Shown in pieces: positions 9,272 through 16,747 of a stretch of 17,961 bases of DNA. Within the stretch, counting starts at the first letter, position 1, and every line of letters starts with the position of its first letter. Location: positions 1 through 17,961 of the forward strand of contig JBHLRP010000063.1 of assembly GCA_048882485.1 (NCBI GenBank), given 5' to 3'. The stretch is from Candidatus Thorarchaeota archaeon (GTDB lineage Archaea; Asgardarchaeota; Thorarchaeia; Thorarchaeales; Thorarchaeaceae). The notes beneath the pieces were generated by a model that made no database searches, was not told the DNA's origin, and worked only from the letters and a program-made list of their open reading frames with translations. The translations under genes were made by a program, and so were the position numbers.

Positions 9272-9278
9272 TTTATAT
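9272..9278 (+). promoter_or_regulatory. TATA box for tRNA-Phe
   Basis: TTTATAT 33-39 nt upstream of the mature 5' end. Confidence 0.65.
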
Positions 9279-9310
9279 CGCGAATCCAAAAGCCATGAAA
9301 TCGCTAACGT

Positions 9311-9387
9311 GCCGCGGTAGATCAGCCAGGGAGATCGCACGGCTGAAGACCGTGTTGTCCGCGGTTCAAATCCGCGCCGCGGCACCA
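9311..9387 (+). tRNA. tRNA-Phe(GAA), intronless, CCA encoded
   Basis: Acceptor GCCGCGG/CCGCGGC, D stem GATC/GATC, anticodon stem CACGG/CCGTG with loop CT-GAA-GA (anticodon 9345-9347), T arm CGCGG-TTCAAAT-CCGCG, ACCA end. Confidence 0.97.
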
Positions 9388-9495
9388 TTCATTCTAAATG
9401 TCTTTCCAGAGTACAGTTGTCTTCTTTATGGGCTTGAAAGAAGGCGCAACATCAACACTAATTCGATTGTTTAATCATGCTCAACAGGTGTAGAA

Positions 9496-9951
9496 ATGCG
9501 CAGGCTCAATCCAAAGAAACTCCATGTTCGCTATAATTCACCAACTTCAGAAGAAGACCCAATTCATCCAAGATGCTATACATTAACACATTCAGATCGA
9601 ACTGGCGATCTCTTTCTCACAGTTGGACCAGAATATGATAAGAAGCAAATTCGAGGACTTTATACACGCCTCATGCGAGATGAAGTCGTTGCTGAGTGGA
9701 GGGATGGCGAAGAAGTGTCAGAACTTCATGTTCATTGCGAAGTAGGTAGAGGACTTGGTTCAGCTAAGATGAGAGAGAACATCTTTCGCAGAGAACTCGA
9801 TTTGGTTCTAGAAGCATTCTGTTATGGTAATCGTCAGTTTTTCGAAAAACATCCCATTCTCGATTCTGCAAGAATTCTGGTGCATTTTCATGCACGGAAG
9901 AAGGTAAACGATGAAGTGGAAGATTGGGGTAGGCTAGAGAATTATTCTTGA
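9496..9951 (+). CDS. Staygreen (SGR) family protein, Mg-dechelatase homologue
   Basis: LNPKKLHV, PRCYTLTHSDRTGDLFLTVG, RDEVVAEW, LHVHC, IFRRELDLVLEAFCYG, VHFHA, EDWG. Confidence 0.92.
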   Translation: MRRLNPKKLHVRYNSPTSEEDPIHPRCYTLTHSDRTGDLFLTVGPEYDKKQIRGLYTRLMRDEVVAEWRDGEEVSELHVHCEVGRGLGSAKMRENIFRRELDLVLEAFCYGNRQFFEKHPILDSARILVHFHARKKVNDEVEDWGRLENYS

Positions 9952-9969
9952 CAGTAAATGAGTTAGGGT

Positions 9970-9995
9970 GTTCAAATCCACGCCGCGGCACCATT
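9970..9995 (+). repeat. Direct-repeat copy of tRNA-Phe 3' end (att-like, from G53 through CCA plus TT)
   Basis: GTTCAAATCCACGCCGCGGCACCATT vs GTTCAAATCCGCGCCGCGGCACCATT (9364-9389): 25/26 identical. Confidence 0.93.
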
Positions 9996-10061
9996 TCTTT
10001 TACTCAGACATTTCAAACCCCTCTGATTTCGGCCGCTGTCTTGATTTCAAATAGCATTATG

Positions 10062-11012
10062 TCATGAAAGAAGCGGCATGACTTCTTCACAAAACAGGTT
10101 CATGTCCTCAGGTGCTGTGGCTGGTGCAAATGTCAGAGTGAAGAATCCAAATCCCATCTCAACATAATTCTGAAGTTGCTTAGCTATTTCATTTGGGGTA
10201 CCTATCTTGAAAATCTCCATATCTGCACTAGTCAATCCCAAACCACTTCCTCTTGAGGCCTCAACGGTCTTTCTTATCTTGAACTGGACTTCTTCATTGT
10301 CAGCGCCGAGGAAAAGAATGAAGCCAATCCCCTTTCTTATCTCATCATAGTCCCGACCTACAGACTTGCAGTGGTCCCTCAATGCTTGCAGCTTGCTTTT
10401 GACAACCTCCAAGCTACACCATGGGTGGAAGTGACTGATATCAGCATGCTTTGCTGCTATCTTGAGGGTGACCTTCTCCCCTCCACCTCCAACCAGTATC
10501 GGGATATGCTTCTGCACAGGCGGGGGCGAATTCTGCACATCTCTATACTGGTATAGTTTTCCTTTGTAGTTGGATTTCTCATTGGTAAACATACCCCTGC
10601 AGATTTCAACTGTTTCCTCAAGTCCCCTCATGCGTTCTGTGACAGATGGGAATCTACTGAAGTACGCTTTGAATTCTTGTTCGTGCCATCCTGCGCCTAG
10701 GCCAAGAATCAGCCTTCCATTTGAGATGATATCAATAGTGGTAGCCATCCTTCCTAGGAGAGTCGGCTCTCGATAGCCATAGCAGCTTACCAAAGGAGCC
10801 AGTTTGATTCTCTCAGTCACCCCAGCCAAGCCCGCTAGCGTTGTCCAGCATTCCAAGGGGGGTCCTCTTCCAGTTCCAGGGTCCATAAAATGGTCAGGAA
10901 TAGAGAAGAAATCAAGTCCACAATCTTCAGCTGCTTGACACATCTGTTTCATAGTTTCAAAGTCGCGACTCTCTCCAGATTCATTTATGCCAAACCAAAT
11001 CTCATCAGGCAT
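10062..11012 (-). CDS. LLM-class (probably F420-dependent) oxidoreductase
   Basis: PDHF, LECWTTLAGLAGVTERIKL, DIISNGRLILGLGAGWHEQEF, IPILVGGGGEKVTLKIAAKHAD. ATG 11012 (MPDEIWFG) preferred over 11048. Confidence 0.93.
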   Translation of the reverse strand: MPDEIWFGINESGESRDFETMKQMCQAAEDCGLDFFSIPDHFMDPGTGRGPPLECWTTLAGLAGVTERIKLAPLVSCYGYREPTLLGRMATTIDIISNGRLILGLGAGWHEQEFKAYFSRFPSVTERMRGLEETVEICRGMFTNEKSNYKGKLYQYRDVQNSPPPVQKHIPILVGGGGEKVTLKIAAKHADISHFHPWCSLEVVKSKLQALRDHCKSVGRDYDEIRKGIGFILFLGADNEEVQFKIRKTVEASRGSGLGLTSADMEIFKIGTPNEIAKQLQNYVEMGFGFFTLTFAPATAPEDMNLFCEEVMPLLS

Positions 11013-11206
11013 GTAATCCCAACTTTTGCGAATAATGGCGAACATCAATTAATAAGATGAGGAATCAGATTTACCTTCTGGTACTACTTCGAGAGATGTC
11101 GAGGAGTGTATGGATCCGCACCATAGCACCACTCTCTGACTTCTGAATAGAGAAGACTCAATAGATGTTCAAGTTGACCTTCACAACCAATCTGGAGTTG
11201 GTTACC

Positions 11207-11551
11207 ATGCGTATAGTAAGGGAATCTGAAGCCCTCATACTGGAAACCGTTAAGGGAAGACACGGAGTGATTCTCATAGTTGGCCAAAACGTCATGATGA
11301 TGAAACTCACCGTCGAGCCAGGAATACCGACTCCGCCACATTCTCATCATCATGAGCAAATGGGCCATCTACTGGAAGGGAAGGGCATTCTGTACATTAG
11401 CAACGAGTCCAGAGAGATTGAAGCAGGCACATCATTCTGGATACCTCCAAATGCCCCTCACAACTTTGATGCAACGGGAAATAGACCTGCAGTTCTTATC
11501 GAGGCTTTCAGTCCTCCTCGAGAAGACTATTTGAGTCGTGTCGAAGACTAG
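11207..11551 (+). CDS. Cupin-domain protein
   Basis: PPHSHHHEQMG, IPPNAPH, EAFSPPREDY; ATG 11207 follows GGAG. Confidence 0.92.
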   Translation: MRIVRESEALILETVKGRHGVILIVGQNVMMMKLTVEPGIPTPPHSHHHEQMGHLLEGKGILYISNESREIEAGTSFWIPPNAPHNFDATGNRPAVLIEAFSPPREDYLSRVED

Positions 11552-11714
11552 TACGATTGAATTGACTGCTTGAGAAGCCGGCAATCTACGCCTGAGGATT
11601 TGCCAAGATGCTCATGGAACAATGAACCTTGGATTCAGCCAAAAAGTAGTTATTGAAATCTGCAGAATGTAAATGTTGACGCTAGAATACCTCGGATCTC
11701 ATCTATGATGGAAC

Positions 11715-12149
11715 GTGGCTGCATTGAAGTGGTCTGATTTCGCAAAGTATGCTCTTGTAGGCATGCTTGTTGCTGGTCTTCTTCTTTCAGTTCCATACAG
11801 ACGTGTTGAACAGCGAACTAATTCCTATGAAGTTGCACCACAATCTTGGCACAATGTGTCGTTGGTGTTCGGGGGCCCGATGATCACCTTTGTCACTGTT
11901 GAACTGAATAGGACATCTGAGATTCGCTTCATGTATCCCGATGGCGTGTGGCCAAAGAATGTGCTACTGGCAACATTTACAGGGACCAATGCCATGTATA
12001 ACTACCGCGGCGCTCATTATACAGTTGCTATTGAAGTGGACGCAATTGGCCCGGTTTGGATCAGAGTGTGCTATGTCTATGCTGAAGAAACAGAGGGCAC
12101 CCTCTTCGACAATCCAATTGGATGGCTGAATCCATTCATTTTTCCTTGA
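11715..12149 (+). CDS. Hypothetical membrane-anchored or secreted beta-rich protein
   Basis: N-terminal hydrophobic helix (YALVGMLVAGLLLSV) followed by beta-strand-like sequence; GTG start. Confidence 0.7.
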   Translation: MAALKWSDFAKYALVGMLVAGLLLSVPYRRVEQRTNSYEVAPQSWHNVSLVFGGPMITFVTVELNRTSEIRFMYPDGVWPKNVLLATFTGTNAMYNYRGAHYTVAIEVDAIGPVWIRVCYVYAEETEGTLFDNPIGWLNPFIFP

Positions 12150-12208
12150 CGACACGCCCAGTTGAGGCCTTTGAATTCAATCTCATCAATTCCTGCCCCT
12201 AAATGAAT

Positions 12209-12508
12209 CTACGACTTTTTGCGATTCCTTTTCTTAGCGGTGATTTTGAGGACCACTCCGGCAGAGGTAGGATCAGGACAGCGAACGAACTCTGTGGTGA
12301 CCCCATCCTTGTTAATCACTTTCTCGTAAGGAGTGCCCTTGTAGCTCCACGTAAGTCGACTGTCACACATCAGTACTCGCATCATTGTGTTTGCACTGTC
12401 CAGGAGCCACGGGCATATCTTACCTGCGTCTTCCACATACTTGAACTTCTGGCCCACAGGGTGTGTCCTACATCCACTCTTGAATATCTCAAGTTTGGTT
12501 TCTCTCAT
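12209..12508 (-). CDS. TIGR04076-like small Cys protein
   Basis: GCRTHPVGQKF, KICPW, VRCPDP...VVLKI pattern recalled for this family; ATG 12508 preferred. Confidence 0.7.
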   Translation of the reverse strand: MRETKLEIFKSGCRTHPVGQKFKYVEDAGKICPWLLDSANTMMRVLMCDSRLTWSYKGTPYEKVINKDGVTTEFVRCPDPTSAGVVLKITAKKRNRKKS

Positions 12509-12667
12509 CGAGGAACGACCTCTTCTTTGATGATAAAAGCCCTTCAAAAGCGGTTTCTATTAACTCAGGATTTTCCACTCTAGAAAGGACCATATGCGGA
12601 AAAAGCCAAGGCTTGGCCAGGAGATTTGTAGGTGTCAGAAACTGTATGGGGTATATTTCCGCTAGCA

Positions 12668-12850
12668 ATGGATGAGAGCGACCTCATGATGTTGCTCCTG
12701 TCACTGATCATACTCATTGTGCTTCTCGTGCTGATATTCATCACCTTTCCATTTGAATTGGCGCTACTCATGTCTGCTGGAATCGGACTTGCATTTGTCT
12801 ATGCAGTACATGAAACAAGAAAGCTGGCTAGAGTGAATGCCGAAGAATGA
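12668..12850 (+). CDS. Small two-TM membrane protein
   Basis: MDESDLMMLLLSLIILIVLLVLIFITFPFELALLMSAGIGLAFVYAV followed by a basic tail. Confidence 0.7.
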   Translation: MDESDLMMLLLSLIILIVLLVLIFITFPFELALLMSAGIGLAFVYAVHETRKLARVNAEE

Positions 12851-12880
12851 GAGAAAAAGAGAGAGGGGGCTGATGCCCCC
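12851..12880 (-). terminator. Hairpin plus pyrimidine tract terminating the PadR operon
   Basis: GGGGGC-TGAT-GCCCCC (12865-12880) just past stop 12888, followed on the minus strand by TCTCTCTTTTTCTC. Confidence 0.6.
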
Positions 12881-12887
12881 ATATTGT

Positions 12888-14003
12888 TTAGTAAGAACCT
12901 TGATATCCATCCGAATAGACTCGGCGTTTCTCGTATTCTTCTTCATAGCGGCGATAGAGGCGCCTGCGTCTGCCAAAGGGCCGCTGCCTCTTACCATGGT
13001 CGCCCTGCCACCATAGACCCCTGCCACTCTGAAGATGCATTGGAACCTTCGTCAGGTTGACAATGACCTTCCAAGTGTTGGTCACGACTATGATGAATAT
13101 GATGAAGATCCATATCCAGTCGAATGGTACGAAGGGAATCCCGTTGTCTATGAAGAAGGTCTCCAGGTCAATTAGACCCCAGGTCATTCCATCAATACTG
13201 CCATAGAGGTAGTCTGTAGGCCAGCCGACGTTGATAAGACCCATTGCCAACAGGATCGAGGCTATTCCCAGCACTGCTTCGAAGATCAGATTGAGGTTGT
13301 TCTCGCCAGCCACCAGAAACATGCCACCCTTGACAGCACCCAAGAATAACAGCGCTACTACGGGTCCCACGAAAGGAACGAATGCAGGAGTGTAGAGAGC
13401 TTGGATTGTTGGGTGGAGTAGGACTATTCCGAAAATAATCCCAAAGAACACATCACCTGCTGCATCAGACCTTGACTTGGGCTTGAAGCCCTCACTGCCT
13501 ATGCCGAGGAAGCCCTCGAGTGCTGTCCTTTCAGTCGGCAACTTGTTTCTATCAGCCAGGGAGATTCCACCGATTATCAACATGACAAAAATCACGTTGA
13601 CCACTATCATGATTGGCAGTGACGCGGGGAAGTTCTCTATCTCAGAGATGACTCCTAGGGGAACAAGTAGAGCATTGCCTACTACGTAGGATCCGACAAT
13701 GAATGCGGCTCCAACTCCAATCAGGACAAGTAGCATTCTCATCACAGGCTGGGCATATTCAGCAGGAACAGGTCCAACCTTCTTGCCGCTATCCGCATAC
13801 TCGCTCGCCACGGTCTTGGGCTCACCCATCCGCTCAATCGCCATGAGGGTTGAGCCTGGGGTCATGATCCCACTCCCTATAGACTCAGCAGACTCAATGA
13901 GGTGAGTGCGAATCTCGCGGAGAACATCCTCACTACCAATGGGCAAATATACCTTGACACGCTCAAGATACTCATCAATGAGCTTCATTGGATCCTTGGT
14001 CAT
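12888..14003 (-). CDS. HAAS-like signalling domain multi-pass membrane protein (PadR partner)
   Basis: N-terminal IDEYLERVKVYLP...DVLREIRTHLIE...AIERMGEPKTVASEY, then about 6 TM segments; overlaps PadR stop (ATGA). Confidence 0.85.
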   Translation of the reverse strand: MTKDPMKLIDEYLERVKVYLPIGSEDVLREIRTHLIESAESIGSGIMTPGSTLMAIERMGEPKTVASEYADSGKKVGPVPAEYAQPVMRMLLVLIGVGAAFIVGSYVVGNALLVPLGVISEIENFPASLPIMIVVNVIFVMLIIGGISLADRNKLPTERTALEGFLGIGSEGFKPKSRSDAAGDVFFGIIFGIVLLHPTIQALYTPAFVPFVGPVVALLFLGAVKGGMFLVAGENNLNLIFEAVLGIASILLAMGLINVGWPTDYLYGSIDGMTWGLIDLETFFIDNGIPFVPFDWIWIFIIFIIVVTNTWKVIVNLTKVPMHLQSGRGLWWQGDHGKRQRPFGRRRRLYRRYEEEYEKRRVYSDGYQGSY

Positions 14004-14359
14004 TGTGTTTCGACCCCCGTTGTGATGTCTCTCATCTCATGCGAGAGGACATTCCAGGTCTGCGCCATCATCTGAAGAGCTGTGCGTCCTTCATCTGTCA
14101 AACCGTAATATTTCTTGGGCTTTGTTGGATCTTCATAGTCCCACTCAGACACCAACAAGCCACGTTTCTCCATCCGTCTCAGCAGAGGATAGACAGTACC
14201 TTGTTCGAGCTGCAAGAAGGAGACCTTCTGCTCCAATCTCTTCACAAGCTCGTAACCATAAGCGGGCTCATCATCGAGAAGAGCCAGTATCGCGAGAGTG
14301 ACTGCGCCGCGCTTCACTTCTTTAGCCCACCTGTCCATTTCTTGGTCTGCTTTTGACAT
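14000..14359 (-). CDS. PadR-family transcriptional regulator
   Basis: ILALLDDEPAYGYELVKRL, GTVYPLLRRMEKRGLL, PKKYYGLTDEGR; ATG 14359 preferred. Confidence 0.95.
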   Translation of the reverse strand: MSKADQEMDRWAKEVKRGAVTLAILALLDDEPAYGYELVKRLEQKVSFLQLEQGTVYPLLRRMEKRGLLVSEWDYEDPTKPKKYYGLTDEGRTALQMMAQTWNVLSHEMRDITTGVETQ

Positions 14360-14370
14360 CAGTTTCACCA

Positions 14371-14454
14371 GAGTTGTATTGCTTTGTATTGTGCATCATT
14401 GTGCATCACACTATACTGTGTATAATATAGTGCTATGCAATATTTACTTATAAA
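14371..14454 (-). promoter_or_regulatory. PadR promoter with palindromic operator and phased repeats
   Basis: Minus-strand TTTATAA at 14448-14454; CACTATA-N10-TATAGTG at 14409-14432; ATTGTGCATC x2 at 14388-14407; TTGTATTG x2 at 10-bp spacing. Confidence 0.6.
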
Positions 14455-14498
14455 TGTTACTAGGTAGGCAAGAGAATTTGAGAATGCAAAAGGAAATG

Positions 14499-15629
14499 TC
14501 AGGTGTCCTCATTCGGAGTTTCATCTTCAGCAATACGCTTTTTGGACCGCTGGCGCAACGCAGAGAGTCGAGATCTCAGCATCAACATGAATGGGACCTT
14601 CATTTCGGACTCTTCACTTATCTCTCCATCTTCTTCTTCCAGGGGTTCAATTGCAGGAACGTACTGAAGCAGAACCAATCCGATGACAAATGTGGCGGGA
14701 AATGGTATGACTAATAAATTCTGCAAAAATACAATTGCGAACAGCATATAGATGACGGATGGTATCTGCATGGAGAACCCTGTGATATAGGCCGTCCTCT
14801 TGCTTCCTCTACCTAGCACATATCTCACTACTGTCCATACGAAAAGCAAGTTTGCAAGAGAGACTGCAATGGAAATGCCGTATGTTGCCCAAGCAAATGG
14901 ATCTTGGATAGTGACCGCGAAGGTGCTGTATGGAACTCCTATGTATCTCGAGTAATCGAACAGTAAGAGAAAGCCCGCAAATGTAAAGGGTGAATATATA
15001 GTAGAGAAAGAAGGGCCAGCTTGGCTCAGGACCATAGCAGGAAGAACGAGTGTACAAAGGAGTAGAAAAAGGCTTACACTCTTTGGTGAGAGAATCACGT
15101 CCTTCAAGCTTCTACGCATTTCATCCGTATTCCTCGTTGGAACAGAGTCGCAGTGCCATGCAACGGACGGCAGCAGAATCAAACCAATGAAGAGTAGACT
15201 GCAGTAGCCAACTGAAACTGGTGAATTCGTAGCAATATCGAACACATGCGCTGACCCAACGGAAAAGAATTGTATGAACAAGTAGATTGGATAGGCAAGA
15301 AGAACAAGTCCAGAGAACAGCGCAGAGAAACGAGGAAATGATTCACTGTCATGTATGTCTAGCCTCAGCTTGAAACCAAAGGCAAGTAGACCCAGCAAAA
15401 GGTTTAGTGGATACTGAAGCAGGTACCACCGGAATAGAGTGCGATATTCCTCCCCTGTGTATGTTTGGAGAAAGTAGCTATCGTTGGAGGCGGTAATACT
15501 CGTTCCTGTCGAATCATTGCTGAAATAGAGAGATAGGGGGATAAGCAAAATGATTAACAACCGCAGGCCATTCCAGAATATCGACTTGAGAATCCTCTTC
15601 AATGCATCGCCTGATTTTAGCATCTCCAA
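14499..15629 (-). CDS. Hypothetical polytopic membrane protein
   Basis: 376-aa ORF with about 8-9 hydrophobic segments and an acidic-then-basic C-terminal tail; G-rich RBS-like AAGGGGGA upstream. Confidence 0.85.
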   Translation of the reverse strand: MEMLKSGDALKRILKSIFWNGLRLLIILLIPLSLYFSNDSTGTSITASNDSYFLQTYTGEEYRTLFRWYLLQYPLNLLLGLLAFGFKLRLDIHDSESFPRFSALFSGLVLLAYPIYLFIQFFSVGSAHVFDIATNSPVSVGYCSLLFIGLILLPSVAWHCDSVPTRNTDEMRRSLKDVILSPKSVSLFLLLCTLVLPAMVLSQAGPSFSTIYSPFTFAGFLLLFDYSRYIGVPYSTFAVTIQDPFAWATYGISIAVSLANLLFVWTVVRYVLGRGSKRTAYITGFSMQIPSVIYMLFAIVFLQNLLVIPFPATFVIGLVLLQYVPAIEPLEEEDGEISEESEMKVPFMLMLRSRLSALRQRSKKRIAEDETPNEDT

Positions 15630-16020
15630 ATCCCCCTTGTGAATTACATGTTTAAAATCACTTCTTCAGGTCCTCCAAACGCCTGCATTGGCCGAATAGA
15701 TATTGATAAGTGAGACGCCTCGTTGTCAGGCGAAGAATCAAGGTCATCATTGAGATGCCGGACCGACTGAATCCATGAAGCGGTTCTCAAAGCCGTCATA
15801 AATCGATCAGTGAGTTCGATTCTCGCCGCGACAGATTTGTTGGTGATGTGATTCTGTATGCAGTCGTTGGCTTCTGCAGTCAGACATGCATAGATGGATG
15901 CTGGACTCATGAACCACAGCATCATGACCTTCCTCTTGGGTGCCCTGAAACTACAATGACTCTACCCTAAAACCCGCATTTGATGAAATAAAGCTTTGCT
16001 CAGTAAGTGAATGGTTGAGT

Positions 16021-16045
16021 AATACTTGCAAAAACCGCAAGTATT
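16021..16045. repeat. Perfect 9-bp inverted repeat upstream of dut
   Basis: AATACTTGC-AAAAACC-GCAAGTATT. Confidence 0.6.
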
Positions 16046-16095
16046 TGTGAGAGAACGAACGAAAGCATAGTAACCAAATCCAAGGTGCCAGAGAT

Positions 16096-16542
16096 ATGGG
16101 AAACGATCCAGTCATTGTTGCGGTTAAACTTCACCATCCTGATGCAAAGGTACCAAGGCTGGCGAATCAGGGAGATGTAGCATTCGATTTGTACTCAGTC
16201 GAAGATGTGACATTGAAACCGGGGGAGTGGCATGCAGTGGCCACCGGAATCTCCCTCGAGATAGCTCCCGGCTATGAGGGGCAAGTGAGGCCGAGAAGTG
16301 GCTTGGCACTGAAACATGGTGTGACAGTTCTCAATGCACCAGGCACCATAGACAGTGGCTACCGTGGTGAAGTTAAGTCAATCATGATTAATCACGGGAA
16401 AGAGCCCTTCAAGATAACCAAGGGAATGAGGATCTCTCAACTGGCTATTCGTGCTGTTCCCAAGGCTCTCTTTGAGGCTGTCGATGACCTTGAAGAGTCT
16501 GAACGGGGAGAGGGGGGCTTCGGTAGCACGGGAATGAAATGA
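16096..16542 (+). CDS. dut: dUTP diphosphatase (trimeric dUTPase)
   Basis: All five motifs: AFDL, RPRSGLA, GTIDSGYRGE, RISQL, RGEGGFGSTG. Confidence 0.97.
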   Translation: MGNDPVIVAVKLHHPDAKVPRLANQGDVAFDLYSVEDVTLKPGEWHAVATGISLEIAPGYEGQVRPRSGLALKHGVTVLNAPGTIDSGYRGEVKSIMINHGKEPFKITKGMRISQLAIRAVPKALFEAVDDLEESERGEGGFGSTGMK

Positions 16543-16558
16543 GCGTCTTGTCGCAATG

Positions 16559-16566
16559 TTTTTAAT
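16559..16566 (+). promoter_or_regulatory. TATA-like box for tRNA-Val
   Basis: TTTTTAAT 30-37 nt upstream of the mature 5' end. Confidence 0.55.
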
Positions 16567-16620
16567 CGACATCATTGGTCATGACGAACCTGAATGGGCC
16601 GGTGGTCTAGCCCGGCTATG

Positions 16621-16652
16621 AACAAATCGGAATCATTCCGATAGGTTGGAAA
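16621..16652 (+). other. tRNA intron 1, 32 nt, non-canonical D-arm position (23/24; 24/25 gives the same product)
   Basis: Removal restores the D stem. Relaxed BHB: central GCTA(16615-18)/TGGA(16647-50) pairs 3 of 4, bulges TG|A and AA|A, inner pairs AC/GT, then hairpin ATCGGAA-TCA-TTCCGAT. Confidence 0.8.
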
Positions 16653-16666
16653 ATACCGCATTGACA

Positions 16667-16696
16667 TGCGAGCCTGACTCCCACGCACGCTCAAAC
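16667..16696 (+). other. tRNA intron 2, 30 nt, canonical 37/38 position
   Basis: Strict BHB: central helix TTGA(16661-64)/TCAA(16691-94), bulges CA|T and AC|G, inner helix GCG/CGC, outer helix is the anticodon stem. The junction is independently matched by the intronless copy at 17645. Confidence 0.93.
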
Positions 16697-16747
16697 GTGC
16701 GGTGGTCACGTGTTCAAATCACGTCCGGCCCACCATCTTTTGCCAAT

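Larger units (their letters stand above)
9388..9995 (+). mobile_element. Single-gene islet at tRNA-Phe (staygreen cargo) bounded by a tRNA 3'-end direct repeat
   Basis: Repeat 9364-9389 vs 9970-9995 (606-bp offset) encloses one ORF; no integrase. Confidence 0.65.
16596..16735 (+). tRNA. tRNA-Val(GAC) with two introns; mature length 78 nt, CCA encoded
   Basis: Acceptor GGGCCGG/CCGGCCC; archaeal Val-type D arm GTCTAGCCCGGCTATG|AT; anticodon stem CCGCA/TGCGG with loop TT-GAC-A|G (anticodon 16663-16665); T arm ACGTG-TTCAAAT-CACGT; ACCA end. Confidence 0.93.

Noticed and set aside
9948-9955. TTGACAGT at the staygreen stop equals the tRNA-Val anticodon-loop core
   Set aside because: A single 8-mer is expected by chance in 18 kb, and there is no flanking similarity
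15644-15925. 93-aa minus-strand ORF
   Set aside because: No recognisable motifs and atypical composition; not supportable as a CDS without homologues
16096-16542. dUTPase next to a tRNA as a prophage marker
   Set aside because: It lies upstream of the tRNA, outside the repeat-bounded unit, and no viral genes are present; most likely housekeeping
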